Positions 55,067 through 64,000 of a DNA stretch of 64,000 bases are shown piece after piece (within the stretch, counting starts at the first letter, position 1; every line of letters starts with the position of its first letter). This stretch comes from a virus. The notes under the pieces are model-generated. The model did not search any database. It saw nothing but the letters and a program-made list of their open reading frames with translations, and was not told where the DNA came from. A program made the position numbers and the translations under genes. Where the stretch lies: positions 1,569 through 65,568 of IMG/VR virus record IMGVR_UViG_3300002448_000002; one strand, written 5' to 3'.

Positions 55067-55579
55067 ATGTTATTTTCACAAATTGTGGAAGTGATGAATC
55101 AGATTTTTATTTCGTACTCAGACAGAGGTTCTGGTCCAGTAGTTCTTCCTGAAACGGTCATAAAGATCCTCGAAGATTTGGATAAGGGTGTTGAGGAAGA
55201 GGTTACCGAACTAGATTGGGATTCCATTGTGTGGCCCTCTTCTCTGGTAAAACCAAAATGGATTGAATTACCTTCTTTGCTTATGCAAGAGAGAGTTGGT
55301 AATCTTAAGTCTGATTTATTGACAGGTTTAATTAACCAAGAAGAGTTGCGAATAACGTCCGCATATATAGGGGACCAAGATGTACCTCAGAATACTGTAC
55401 AGGAATTGTTGTATCGTATACGAGTTTCTGCTGAGACATTGACGGAAAAGAACGAGGAACGAGATCGTCTGCACGCAAAAGCAAAAAGTATACGAGCCTG
55501 GCTTTCAGATCCTGCTCGTACTATTGAGGAATTGGAAAAGTTTGATCCAACAAACGACACAAACTGGGCAAAGGACTAA
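55067..55579 (+). CDS. Putative tail-fibre assembly/chaperone protein
   Basis: Follows the fibre gene; AT-rich; C-terminal EELEKFDPT.D..W. Confidence 0.45.
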   Translation: MLFSQIVEVMNQIFISYSDRGSGPVVLPETVIKILEDLDKGVEEEVTELDWDSIVWPSSLVKPKWIELPSLLMQERVGNLKSDLLTGLINQEELRITSAYIGDQDVPQNTVQELLYRIRVSAETLTEKNEERDRLHAKAKSIRAWLSDPARTIEELEKFDPTNDTNWAKD

Positions 55580-55592
55580 CAGGAGATATCTA

Positions 55593-55817
55593 ATGGCTAA
55601 GACACAACCGAAGATCACAAATGTAGACCGCGTGGAGGGCGTCAAGTTGTACCTGCAGCAAGCCCTCACCCGAATCACGGCATTGGAAGACGCCATGAGA
55701 GGAGATCGCGCGACGATGGTGCAGGTTGAGGTGGCGCGAGATGAGGTATCAGAGGCGAACAAACTGATGCAAGGCGTTTTCAGAAGCGCAAAGGCAAAGG
55801 CCTCTCGCACAACTTGA
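55593..55817 (+). CDS. Small coiled-coil protein
   Basis: AGGAG RBS before ATG 55593. Confidence 0.55.
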   Translation: MAKTQPKITNVDRVEGVKLYLQQALTRITALEDAMRGDRATMVQVEVARDEVSEANKLMQGVFRSAKAKASRTT

Positions 55818-55872
55818 CGCCTTTATATTTTCGCCAATACGTTTCTATGTAATTCAGGGAGGCTGCTCAGAC

Positions 55873-58800
55873 ATGGCAACTTTGCGAAGAACGGGACCGG
55901 CGGTAGCCGCACCCGGTACTCTGGTCGCTCCGGAAGACGGTACGGCTCTGGGCCTTGCCAGTCAGGTCATGGCTGAAGCAATTGCTTCGCAAGATCTAGA
56001 GTCGCTCATTGGTCATACCGCAGGAGACGGAGCCCCAGCACAGGATGGGACTGTCGTGTCTCTCCTCTATGAAGATACGAGTACGATGCCAACCACCCTG
56101 TACCTCCGTGCCGGGATTACCCTCGCTGTTGATGGTACGATACAGAGTGTGGCGTATCGTGCGTTAGGGGAGGGCACAGGAGGTGTCCCAGTGGATAGGG
56201 AGGCGATCATTGACGCGATGGGTGCGTTGATCGCGATGCTTCCTGAATTCACGTATGACCCCGCAACGGATCGCTTCACATTCGGCCTCCAGAACGATTC
56301 GGTGTCGGCCCTAAAGGCGCTTGCTGGTAATGACGAGCAACGAGCAGCGTGGGCTCAGAAACTGGCTGTGCTGAGTACTGCGGAGTTCAATCTGGAACGG
56401 CTGAAAGATTTAACGTTCCTCCCGAAAGTGTCTCCGGGGTTCGTGGACCTGTCCAACATACCACGGCGTTTCTTTGTGCGTGCCGACTTCAGGCAAGAGT
56501 TGTACCAAACTGCAACGGTCCTGCGAATGATTTTCGCAGGACAGACGAGAACCCAAGCCATTGTACTCAACCAGTCCTCTAACGAAGTGACTGGGACATT
56601 TGCGATTGATGATGCGCCACGGGCAGTATTGGAGGCTGGCGCTGCGGGGGTTGAAGTTTCGTTTGTTGTATCCCTGCTGGATGAACACGGTGTTACTCTC
56701 GTGTCTAAGAGCATCGAGTTGGAGGTAGTGCGAAGTGCCGCACACCCCGACTCGTTGACCAGCATCGCGCAGTCGTTCAACGAAATGATCGCGCAACCGA
56801 CGCAAGAAGCCCGCATCTATTCCAAGCCGAATTACACGGAGACGATTGTCAACCGTGATGACCTGGATGGGGACTACGCACTGGTGCTAGGCGTCCTTAG
56901 CACTCTCGGTTACGGTGACCGAGGCGTGGACGTGGATTCGCTGCGCGTCTATGTGCGGGCAGCAGACAGATCAACCACGGAAGTGCACCGAGAGGATTGG
57001 ACACTCGTTCAGGACAATCGCGTTATCGACTTCAATATCAGCGCTTCAGAGGAAAGCGGTGCGGGCGGCCGTATACAACGCGATGCTCAGGGCCGCCATT
57101 CTTACCACTTCATAGTGGTGTTCTACGATGATGTTACGCCAGTCTACACAACCGTCGACCCTGCGGTGCTGTGGCTGGAAGACGAAACCCACGTAGTGCG
57201 GGAGTTGCCCGAGTATCCCGAAGAGGGTTCGAGGGACAACAAGATTCCCAAGTTCAACGGTGATGCTATAGGTTGGGAAGATGATGCGGTTGGGCTGACA
57301 GAGGCGGACGTCGCTAGAATCATTCGCGACAACATAGACACGATTCGGATCAGACCCAGCTATTGGTCGACCGAGAATGACGACGCCCGGAACTACTTTA
57401 TTCATTTGCACTCGGGGGCGGTTCCTTCCGGTACTACGCATCTTCAACTCAACATCAAGGGTGCCGTAGTTCGCGTTGAGTACGTGCTCGCGGACGAGGA
57501 CTACGTCTTTGCTTTCAATGCGGCGGCTGCAGGCAACACCAACCGTGCAATAGCTCGCGACGGCGAGGAAACTCTTCAAGCGCAGTTAACGTACCAGGAT
57601 CGTTCGGGGGCACAGCCGCTAGATTTAGAGAATCACAATTTCCTGCTTGAGGTGGTTGCCGAGACTCCCACCGACGCGTCTTCAGTTGCAGACGACCTCA
57701 CTGTGGAAATCGCTGCTCGTCAGGCCGGCGATGCCGCACTCGGCGCTCGTGTCACTACATTGGAAGGCCTTCCTGCATTGCCGGAACTGCCCGCCGCAGG
57801 TTCTCGCGATAACAAGGTACCAAAGTTCAATGGTGACGTGCTCGGATGGGAGGAGGACGCTCAGGGAACGGACGCAGCGATTCCCGACAATAGTCTTCTG
57901 CCAATCAAGGCGCAGGCCGACACCCCGGAACGGCAGCGTGCGTGGCGAGACCGACTTGCGGCCGGACAGATATCTGCCGGTAATACGTTACCAGATCTTG
58001 CGGAAACCAATACCGGTAGGGACGTCAGGGTAATAACGCAGAATGTTGCGGACGGATTGTCTTTCGTGGATCTCGCAGATCCTACTACCAATCTAACATC
58101 CGCCATTGCTGGTGATGTGATGATGGTCCTGCTTCTTGGGACCAAGAGGTGGGTGCGCGTAGGTAATTTGTTGAGACGAGGCGGGGATAGCACAGACCAG
58201 ACCGCGCGCGACGGCGCGCAGGAAGCGTTGGCCGCCGCGCAGTCGAATAGTGAACGTTTGGGTGTTGTAGAACAAAAGACAGCCGACGTTGACTTGGCAG
58301 TTGATAGTTCGGTATGGGCTGCCGCACCAGCACAGGAAGTGCAGATAACGGTCATCCCTGAGTCGAGCACGCTGCACGCACAAATCCTCGACCGCTCATT
58401 CGACCCGGCTGACCTTACAAATGCCCAAGTGTGGGCATCGGCGGTTGCGACGACTGCGGTCAATGATATCGTCTTGATGCGCCTTAGGGACGGACTAGAT
58501 AACCTCCGTTACCGCTATACTATTGACGGTGCGCCGGAGCCAATCTACGAACACAACAAACTCCCGAACGCCGCGGCTCCCTGGACTTATTTCAACCTGG
58601 CACAATTTGCAGCGGGCCTGGATGTAGTGATGCAGAAGCGCCGGGACGCCACGCATGGTATTTGGAAGGGTGAGCTTGGCGGCCAAGCGCTGGCACCAAT
58701 CACTGAAGAAGCCACCGCGCGGGAGCAAGGCGACGAAACTCTCAATGCTCTGATTTCTCCGTTCAACCAGATTGACGTGACTCCACATTCTCTGTCCGGG

Positions 58801-59715
58801 ACGGTGCTGCCCGAACAAATAACCGTCTCGCTTGAAGATCCTAACACCAAGGCGGACAGTATCGCGAAGGTGCGTGTAAGGTTGCAGGGCACGATCCTTG
58901 GCACGACGGCGGTAGCGTCAGGCAACTTCGGTGGGATTAGTGATGCCAACAACGTTCTTTCATTCAACGTTCCAGACCTAGTCAGGAGGAACATTGCGAA
59001 TAACGCGGCACCAGCTGTAGATGTAGATGTCGAGTTCTTAACGGCGGCAGACGCGCGTGTACATAATCACAGAGCGCGCATTGCGAAACGGGTGGGCAGT
59101 AATTCATATCCTCATGCTCTTACATCCGCCGCCGCTATCACATGGAACGCTGATAGTACGCTTCGCGCTACTTTGGCGTTGGGTGTAAATGCGGTATTGA
59201 ACATAACAAATGGGCAGCCCGGAGACGCAGCGATTCTCACGGTGACACAAGCCGCGGGTGCCTCGCGCACGCTAACACTCAATGCTGCTATAGCTAGAGG
59301 TGATTTGCCGCAGCCGAGGATGCCGAGCCACGCCACGGAAGTTCGTAAGGTCCACCTGAGTTTTATCAAGGACGGGGCTACTTGGACCTACCTTGGAATG
59401 CTTGGTGAGCCTCGACCAGGGTGGCGTGCACTCGCAGGTGCCAGTCCGTATACGGTGCTGCCGACGGATGACGAGTTTCGGATTGAGGTGAACCATACTA
59501 ACGCTCATGTTTACTCAATTGATATTGCTAGGGTTCAGTTGGTTCCGGGCACGGCAAAGGAATTTAATGTAGAGGCAAACCGTGCTGACCAAGAAAACAT
59601 CAGTGCTACAACTGTTCAAGTGACATTGAACGAGGCAGGTACGGAGTTAACTACGACCTTAATGGTCGCCGGAGGCGCTGCCCATTGGTCTATTGTTGCG
59701 GCCTACGCCAGATAG
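55873..59715 (+). CDS. Large (1280 aa) modular structural/fibre-like protein
   Basis: Internal repeats GSRDNK.PKFNGD..GWE.DA (x2); C-terminal AITWNA....ATL.L..N..LNITNGQPG....LTVTQ...RTLT module seen in fibres. Confidence 0.6.
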   Translation: MATLRRTGPAVAAPGTLVAPEDGTALGLASQVMAEAIASQDLESLIGHTAGDGAPAQDGTVVSLLYEDTSTMPTTLYLRAGITLAVDGTIQSVAYRALGEGTGGVPVDREAIIDAMGALIAMLPEFTYDPATDRFTFGLQNDSVSALKALAGNDEQRAAWAQKLAVLSTAEFNLERLKDLTFLPKVSPGFVDLSNIPRRFFVRADFRQELYQTATVLRMIFAGQTRTQAIVLNQSSNEVTGTFAIDDAPRAVLEAGAAGVEVSFVVSLLDEHGVTLVSKSIELEVVRSAAHPDSLTSIAQSFNEMIAQPTQEARIYSKPNYTETIVNRDDLDGDYALVLGVLSTLGYGDRGVDVDSLRVYVRAADRSTTEVHREDWTLVQDNRVIDFNISASEESGAGGRIQRDAQGRHSYHFIVVFYDDVTPVYTTVDPAVLWLEDETHVVRELPEYPEEGSRDNKIPKFNGDAIGWEDDAVGLTEADVARIIRDNIDTIRIRPSYWSTENDDARNYFIHLHSGAVPSGTTHLQLNIKGAVVRVEYVLADEDYVFAFNAAAAGNTNRAIARDGEETLQAQLTYQDRSGAQPLDLENHNFLLEVVAETPTDASSVADDLTVEIAARQAGDAALGARVTTLEGLPALPELPAAGSRDNKVPKFNGDVLGWEEDAQGTDAAIPDNSLLPIKAQADTPERQRAWRDRLAAGQISAGNTLPDLAETNTGRDVRVITQNVADGLSFVDLADPTTNLTSAIAGDVMMVLLLGTKRWVRVGNLLRRGGDSTDQTARDGAQEALAAAQSNSERLGVVEQKTADVDLAVDSSVWAAAPAQEVQITVIPESSTLHAQILDRSFDPADLTNAQVWASAVATTAVNDIVLMRLRDGLDNLRYRYTIDGAPEPIYEHNKLPNAAAPWTYFNLAQFAAGLDVVMQKRRDATHGIWKGELGGQALAPITEEATAREQGDETLNALISPFNQIDVTPHSLSGTVLPEQITVSLEDPNTKADSIAKVRVRLQGTILGTTAVASGNFGGISDANNVLSFNVPDLVRRNIANNAAPAVDVDVEFLTAADARVHNHRARIAKRVGSNSYPHALTSAAAITWNADSTLRATLALGVNAVLNITNGQPGDAAILTVTQAAGASRTLTLNAAIARGDLPQPRMPSHATEVRKVHLSFIKDGATWTYLGMLGEPRPGWRALAGASPYTVLPTDDEFRIEVNHTNAHVYSIDIARVQLVPGTAKEFNVEANRADQENISATTVQVTLNEAGTELTTTLMVAGGAAHWSIVAAYAR

Positions 59716-59731
59716 AAAGGAGGAGAGTTCT

Positions 59732-60814
59732 ATGAACACAGGAATACTCCGAACCACTGAGGATGGATCTACTTACATTGGCAGGTCGGACTTGGGTTTG
59801 CCAATGGATGCTAATCTGACTTCAATGGGTTGGCATATTTCAGACAGTAACCCAATGCGTTTCGCTATTTGGAATGGTCATCAATTTGAAACAATAGAGG
59901 GAACCTTCGTGGAATCGTCCAGAGGGAGATTCCACATAAAGTTTGGCAAGCAGCCTCATGAATATCTTGCGGCTTTGTACTACCCCATCGACCCACGCAT
60001 GGCGATCGGAGACATTGTAAATGCCACTACCGCCTACCCGAACGCCGACAACACCGGATGGCTCTTCGCGCACTGCGACAAGGACTTCCATATCGACCAC
60101 GAGTTCAAGCTGCTCGCGAGCATCACCACGGTATTCGAACGCCAGATGCACGCCCTACACAAGGTGCTTCGGACCGCGACGTACAGCGCCCTCCTGAGCA
60201 GCACCTCCGACAGCCGGGACGCATTCGGCGCCGCAAGCCGCGCGTATGACTACCTCGGGAACTTCCGCGAGGATGTGAAAGCGCATGTCCTCGCCGAGGC
60301 TCGCAAGGTGCATCTCGGCTACTATCATCAGAACCCGCACGAAGCGCACATCCACGACCCCGTCGAGAAGGCGATTCTGGCGGTGGGTCAAGACTGGGTT
60401 GCCAACAAGCAGGCGATTGTGTGGCAGTCGATTCAGGCGCAAGTTGGCTTCGTCCTCGCGGCCGTGCAGAAGGAGCACGACTACGAGACGCGGTGGGACC
60501 GCCTTGTGAACGCCCCGCGGCGTGGTGAGGACCCTGTAGGCGGCTACGAGTACTGCTACACCGCCGTCACCTCGAAGCACGTAATCGAGGGGCACGACAA
60601 TCTGCCCGATCCCAATTGGGATTTCGATCACCTGCGAAACGGGCAAGTGTTGCGTGGCAACTACACGTATCGCGACGACGAGCCCAAGGCCAGCGCCTTC
60701 CTCTTCGTGGCTGTTCGATTCCGACGTCCCATTCCCGAAGGTACGCGGCCGGGGCAGGACATTGGCCGGGTGGAGTGGGTGCAAGATCCCGCGTACCTCA
60801 TCCCGACCAGCTAG
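59732..60814 (+). CDS. Hypothetical protein
   Basis: AAGGAGG RBS; base composition shifts from AT-richer to GC-rich near 60000. Confidence 0.6.
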   Translation: MNTGILRTTEDGSTYIGRSDLGLPMDANLTSMGWHISDSNPMRFAIWNGHQFETIEGTFVESSRGRFHIKFGKQPHEYLAALYYPIDPRMAIGDIVNATTAYPNADNTGWLFAHCDKDFHIDHEFKLLASITTVFERQMHALHKVLRTATYSALLSSTSDSRDAFGAASRAYDYLGNFREDVKAHVLAEARKVHLGYYHQNPHEAHIHDPVEKAILAVGQDWVANKQAIVWQSIQAQVGFVLAAVQKEHDYETRWDRLVNAPRRGEDPVGGYEYCYTAVTSKHVIEGHDNLPDPNWDFDHLRNGQVLRGNYTYRDDEPKASAFLFVAVRFRRPIPEGTRPGQDIGRVEWVQDPAYLIPTS

Positions 60815-60823
60815 GGAAACGAC

Positions 60824-61468
60824 ATGCGTCCAAGTAACCTGAGAATCCTTCCGCGCTCTGAGTGGGCGCGGCAGGGCGTTGGCGGCCACTGGCGTGGCGT
60901 GCTCGTCCAGTTCGATGGCGACGACGGGAACGACTACCGTCTATTCGCCCGTTCGAGCAGCGTGCATGGTCACCAACCGCTTGTGGACTTGCCACATGGG
61001 GCGACGGAGTACGTGCCAGACCCGAACGGCCACATCCATCCGAACAAGCAATTGAACGACGATGGTACGGTCAATCGAGTGCGGTTCGTAAGGACTCCTC
61101 CTCGGCGCACGTGGACACAGATTGGGGGATACGAGCAGGGGACTCGGCGGTCCCGAACGCTGGCGAACCGCCCCTTGCATGTTGTTGCGAGTGAGATGCC
61201 TGGTAGCGGTCCGTGGCAGATCATGATCGAAGACCGACGGGACCACACGGGCGAGACGCATTCGAATATGGTAGAGTGGAGTGTGTCTCAGCCCTCCTCT
61301 GCCGTCGATTCCCGTATGCAACGCATAATCGACGCAACGCGAACATTCACCGGCAGGAGAACACGTAGAGGAGCTAAGCCGTATGTTCGGGACCTCCGCT
61401 TGTACGCGGGCATCCCCGACATATCAACCACCGAACGCGACGAAGCGCACAAGGAGGTAAAGAAGTGA
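60824..61468 (+). CDS. Hypothetical protein
   Basis: Arg-rich 214-aa ORF in the + strand gene string. Confidence 0.5.
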   Translation: MRPSNLRILPRSEWARQGVGGHWRGVLVQFDGDDGNDYRLFARSSSVHGHQPLVDLPHGATEYVPDPNGHIHPNKQLNDDGTVNRVRFVRTPPRRTWTQIGGYEQGTRRSRTLANRPLHVVASEMPGSGPWQIMIEDRRDHTGETHSNMVEWSVSQPSSAVDSRMQRIIDATRTFTGRRTRRGAKPYVRDLRLYAGIPDISTTERDEAHKEVKK

Positions 61469-61623
61469 GGTTTGTAGCAAAGCACATGAAAGAGTGTGGT
61501 CCCGGAGAGGTGTGGTGGATTCTTGATACCAGCACCGACCGCTACACATCCTGGTCACTTGGCAATGGGAACGAGGCACGGGCAATTGCCTCGAAACTTG
61601 AAACAGGAGAGATGCAATCGTGA
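61465..61623 (+). CDS. Small hypothetical protein (52 aa, below the ORF-track cutoff)
   Basis: AAGGAGG RBS, GTGA coupling at both ends; MRFVAKHMKECGPGEVWWILDTSTDRYTSWSLGNGNEARAIASKLETGEMQS. Confidence 0.45.
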   Translation: MRFVAKHMKECGPGEVWWILDTSTDRYTSWSLGNGNEARAIASKLETGEMQS

Positions 61624-61817
61624 AACCAATCAATCTCAATCCACTGCTCACCGTATGGCTTGCGACGGCCCCGGCTGTATCGCGTGCCCTCGAAGACGGC
61701 GACGTGACCGTGAACGAGGCAATCGACATTGCCGCTACGGCTGCGAAGGCGTGCGCGAAGGCGAAGGGAATCAGCAATACGGTGATCGCGACCATCAAGG
61801 AACCGGAGGCGGAGTAG
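61620..61817 (+). CDS. Small hypothetical protein
   Basis: AGGAG RBS; coupled. Confidence 0.5.
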   Translation: MKPINLNPLLTVWLATAPAVSRALEDGDVTVNEAIDIAATAAKACAKAKGISNTVIATIKEPEAE

Positions 61818-61818
61818 C

Positions 61819-62130
61819 ATGCTTGACGATCATCCAATCGCCCGCTGGGTAAGTGTCGCTAGCTTGGTAGCGGGCGTGGGCGGCGGTGCTTGGTTCATCA
61901 TGGACGAACGGGAGCGGTCCATAGAGCAGACTGAGCGTCTCGCGGAGATTCGTCGAGAACAGGAAGTCATCCGTAGGGAGCTAGCGACACAGACGATTTC
62001 CTTGGAGGAGATTCGCGACGAGCAGGACCAGATAGCCGCCCGACAACGCTGGCTCGCAAGTGAGGTAAATCGCGAGGTGGGTTCTTTGGCAATCGACGTG
62101 GGACGCCTGATGGAGAGGACGGAAGAATGA
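61819..62130 (+). CDS. Single-TM plus coiled-coil protein (possibly lysis-related)
   Basis: WVSVASLVAGVGGGAWFIM followed by heptads. Confidence 0.5.
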   Translation: MLDDHPIARWVSVASLVAGVGGGAWFIMDERERSIEQTERLAEIRREQEVIRRELATQTISLEEIRDEQDQIAARQRWLASEVNREVGSLAIDVGRLMERTEE

Positions 62131-62585
62131 TTACCCTAAGCCCGCTTGTGTACAAGACGGTACTTTTCAAGTATCGGTTGCTCAAGCCTTACCAGCACTT
62201 CTGGCTGTCGAATAGGGCGAAGCACGCCGCGATCGCCGAGGTGCACAAGAACCAAGGTCAGGATGTTGTACTTCGACTGACTGGCAAACAGTACGAAGGC
62301 TCGCAGGAAGTGATCATGAATTGCGAGGGACTCCTGATACCGGAGGGGTTCGGGTGGGATGGTGCGACCAAAGCCATTGACACCGCGAACAGCATGGAGG
62401 CTTCCCTCGTCCATGACGTGATCTGCGACGCTATCAACGACGAGCAGTTGGAATGGAAGTGGAGACGTATCGGAGACGTTGAGTTCCGACACATACTCAA
62501 GGCAGTTGGCATGTCTTGGGTGCGCCGATGGCTGTGGTGGTTGTTCGGAGTGCGACTGTACGCCACGGTCATCAAACCCAAGTAG
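62127..62585 (+). CDS. DUF1353-like protein
   Basis: IPEGFGWDGAT, ASLVHD.IC, R..GD..FR.IL...G....R.W....GVR. Confidence 0.7.
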   Translation: MITLSPLVYKTVLFKYRLLKPYQHFWLSNRAKHAAIAEVHKNQGQDVVLRLTGKQYEGSQEVIMNCEGLLIPEGFGWDGATKAIDTANSMEASLVHDVICDAINDEQLEWKWRRIGDVEFRHILKAVGMSWVRRWLWWLFGVRLYATVIKPK

Positions 62586-62596
62586 GAGACAACGTG

Positions 62597-63097
62597 ATGC
62601 AGTTAGAGGACTTCCTCGCCGCTCTTGGAGAAAGCGGCAACATAGCGTCGGCACACGCTCGCGCGGCAAGCTTGCGATTGCTCGACGAATACCTGGAGCC
62701 CCCGGACGAGGATGGAATCCGGGATTTGAAAACGCGCAAAGTACGAGTGACGTTGCCCGACGGGAAGAAGGTGGTCGTACCAATTCCTGAATGGGCAGCT
62801 CTGACAGGAGGCGTCAGCGACCTAGATAGGTTGGTGTACGTCCTCCGCAATGTTCGCGTAAAGCTACCGGAAGGTACGGTGACTGGCAAGAAGGATACGC
62901 GAAAGGTGCCCGCCTCGAATACGAGCATGACCTTGAGGCGGGGTGGTGCGATGGCGAACGAGATGACGGCGGACGTTCGCGTCGAGTTCAAAATGGGGCG
63001 GCCTCCCGAGCTCCTAGGAGTTCTTCGGGACAAGCTCACAGTGGCGCTTATGGACGCCTTGACCGCAACGCAGAAACAAACTGAAGAGGGCAAGTGA
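62597..63097 (+). CDS. DUF2589-like protein A (tentative)
   Basis: L.DFL.AL.....A......L..L..Y, V.V.LP..K.V.VP, C-terminal V.V.FK...PPELL..L.D.L. Confidence 0.45.
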   Translation: MQLEDFLAALGESGNIASAHARAASLRLLDEYLEPPDEDGIRDLKTRKVRVTLPDGKKVVVPIPEWAALTGGVSDLDRLVYVLRNVRVKLPEGTVTGKKDTRKVPASNTSMTLRRGGAMANEMTADVRVEFKMGRPPELLGVLRDKLTVALMDALTATQKQTEEGK

Positions 63098-63702
63098 CAA
63101 TGGATATCGAAGCACGCGAAGCAAACTATATGGACAGCCTCGGCGGGAGGCTGGCGGGCATTCTGCTCCCGCTGGCGAATACCCACGTCGAAGCGCAGCG
63201 CGGGTACGCGCAGACGGTTGCGGAGATGGCCTCCCAGCCCGTCCCCATGAAGATCGTCATGCGGTTCCGCGGGGAGGAGAAGGTACTCGAGATCGAGATG
63301 CCCATGTTCCTCCTCACCTCTCTCCGCCCTATCGACTACGGCGAGGGCACGAAGGTATCGACAAGGTTCTCCGTCAGTGCGCGCGATTCGTCCAGCACCA
63401 ACGTCGGCAGCAAGGTCGAGGCCGGCATGCAGGCAGGGTGGGGGCCGGTGTCGGCGTCCTTCAAGGCCGAGGTCACCGTCGGGCACGAGCAGCAGCGGGA
63501 ATCCTCCTGCGAGAGCACCGTGGACGTGGACGTCTTCGTGATCACCCGCGAGCCGCCTGAACTGGTGTCCAAGCTAGGCGACATCTTCATCAACTTCTGC
63601 AAGACCCTGGTCGAGGGTGAGGTGAAGAGGATGCTGGCCGAGTCCGAAGACGTGGACGCTCTGCCCGCACCCGAGGCCGCCCCGGCCGACGCAGCCGAGT
63701 AA
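63094..63702 (+). CDS. DUF2589-like protein B (tentative)
   Basis: L..IL.PL....VEAQ, IEMPMFLL..L.PI, Ser/Thr-rich hairpin SSTNVGSKVEAGMQAGWGPVSASFKAEVTVGHEQQR, PPELVSKL.DI. Confidence 0.5.
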   Translation: MTMDIEAREANYMDSLGGRLAGILLPLANTHVEAQRGYAQTVAEMASQPVPMKIVMRFRGEEKVLEIEMPMFLLTSLRPIDYGEGTKVSTRFSVSARDSSSTNVGSKVEAGMQAGWGPVSASFKAEVTVGHEQQRESSCESTVDVDVFVITREPPELVSKLGDIFINFCKTLVEGEVKRMLAESEDVDALPAPEAAPADAAE

Positions 63703-63742
63703 CCTCCCACGTTTCAAGTTGGCAAGCACGGAGATCAGTGAT

Positions 63743-64000
63743 ATGGACACCACGACCATTCTTGTCATAGTGGCGGCTGTAGAGGGCTTGGTAGGTATCG
63801 CAGTCCTCCTCACCATGTTTTGGAAACTGGCGCAGAAGGATGCCGAACGGGCTCGGGACATTCAGGCTGTGCGAGAGATGACGGAGGAGAACTCCAAAGA
63901 ACTCAAGCAGCATGACGAGGATTGCAAGGCGGATCGCCGTGAAACTTCGGAGCGATTCGAGGAAGGTTCCAAGAAGATGGCCGTGCTTGCCAACAACCAG
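63743..64000 (+). CDS. TM plus coiled-coil protein, 3'-truncated at window edge
   Basis: MDTTTILVIVAAVEGLVGIAVLLTMFWKL then heptads; GGAG RBS; open to the window end. Confidence 0.55.
   Translation, partial: MDTTTILVIVAAVEGLVGIAVLLTMFWKLAQKDAERARDIQAVREMTEENSKELKQHDEDCKADRRETSERFEEGSKKMAVLANNQ

Noticed and set aside
48704-59715. Diversity-generating retroelement acting on the fibre genes
   Set aside because: No reverse transcriptase in the window and no template/variable pair with adenine-specific mismatches found; repeat differences are mainly synonymous. A DGR outside the window cannot be excluded.
1-64000. tRNA or rRNA genes
   Set aside because: No cloverleaf with a GTTCRA T-loop seen in the intergenic gaps inspected by eye; tRNAscan-SE or ARAGORN was not run.
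1-64000. Integrase, att site or host flanking genes (prophage boundary)
   Set aside because: None recognised; all identifiable genes are phage-type, so lifestyle cannot be decided from this window.

Overview
The window is a 64-kb segment of a tailed dsDNA phage genome, siphovirus-like (long tape measure, tail tube, frameshifted tail chaperone, no sheath seen). Essentially all genes are on the + strand. Order: (i) 1-10.5 kb recombination/replication operon (RecA-like, Holliday junction resolvase, Mre11/Rad50-like pair, 5'-3' exonuclease, DnaB-like and SNF2-like helicases) with queD and queE embedded, suggesting 7-deazaguanine DNA modification; (ii) 10.5-35 kb head genes (TerL, TerS-like, DUF4055-type portal, MuF/gp7 minor head protein, scaffold, P22-coat-like capsid), separated from each other by 2-7 kb blocks of accessory genes; (iii) 35-60 kb neck and tail genes, including two tail-tube paralogs and two very large repeat-rich fibre/adhesin-like proteins; (iv) 60-64 kb small membrane and unknown genes. 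Most notable: the J-like tail-tip protein appears split, with its C-terminal half at the far end of a 2117-aa adhesin 5.6 kb downstream; a NADAR gene beside a DenV-like/NADAR fusion; a tandem pair of DUF2589-like genes; a MuF protein with a papain-like C-terminal domain; a lipoprotein metallopeptidase with a TbpB-like barrel; a Tad1-like protein; a highly structured non-coding region after the scaffold gene; and a dispersed 11-19 bp GGCAGGGGAGG motif at gene-block boundaries. All family assignments come from motif recognition by eye; no database search was run. No tRNA, rRNA, CRISPR array, integrase, reverse transcriptase, DNA polymerase or clear endolysin was recognised in the window.
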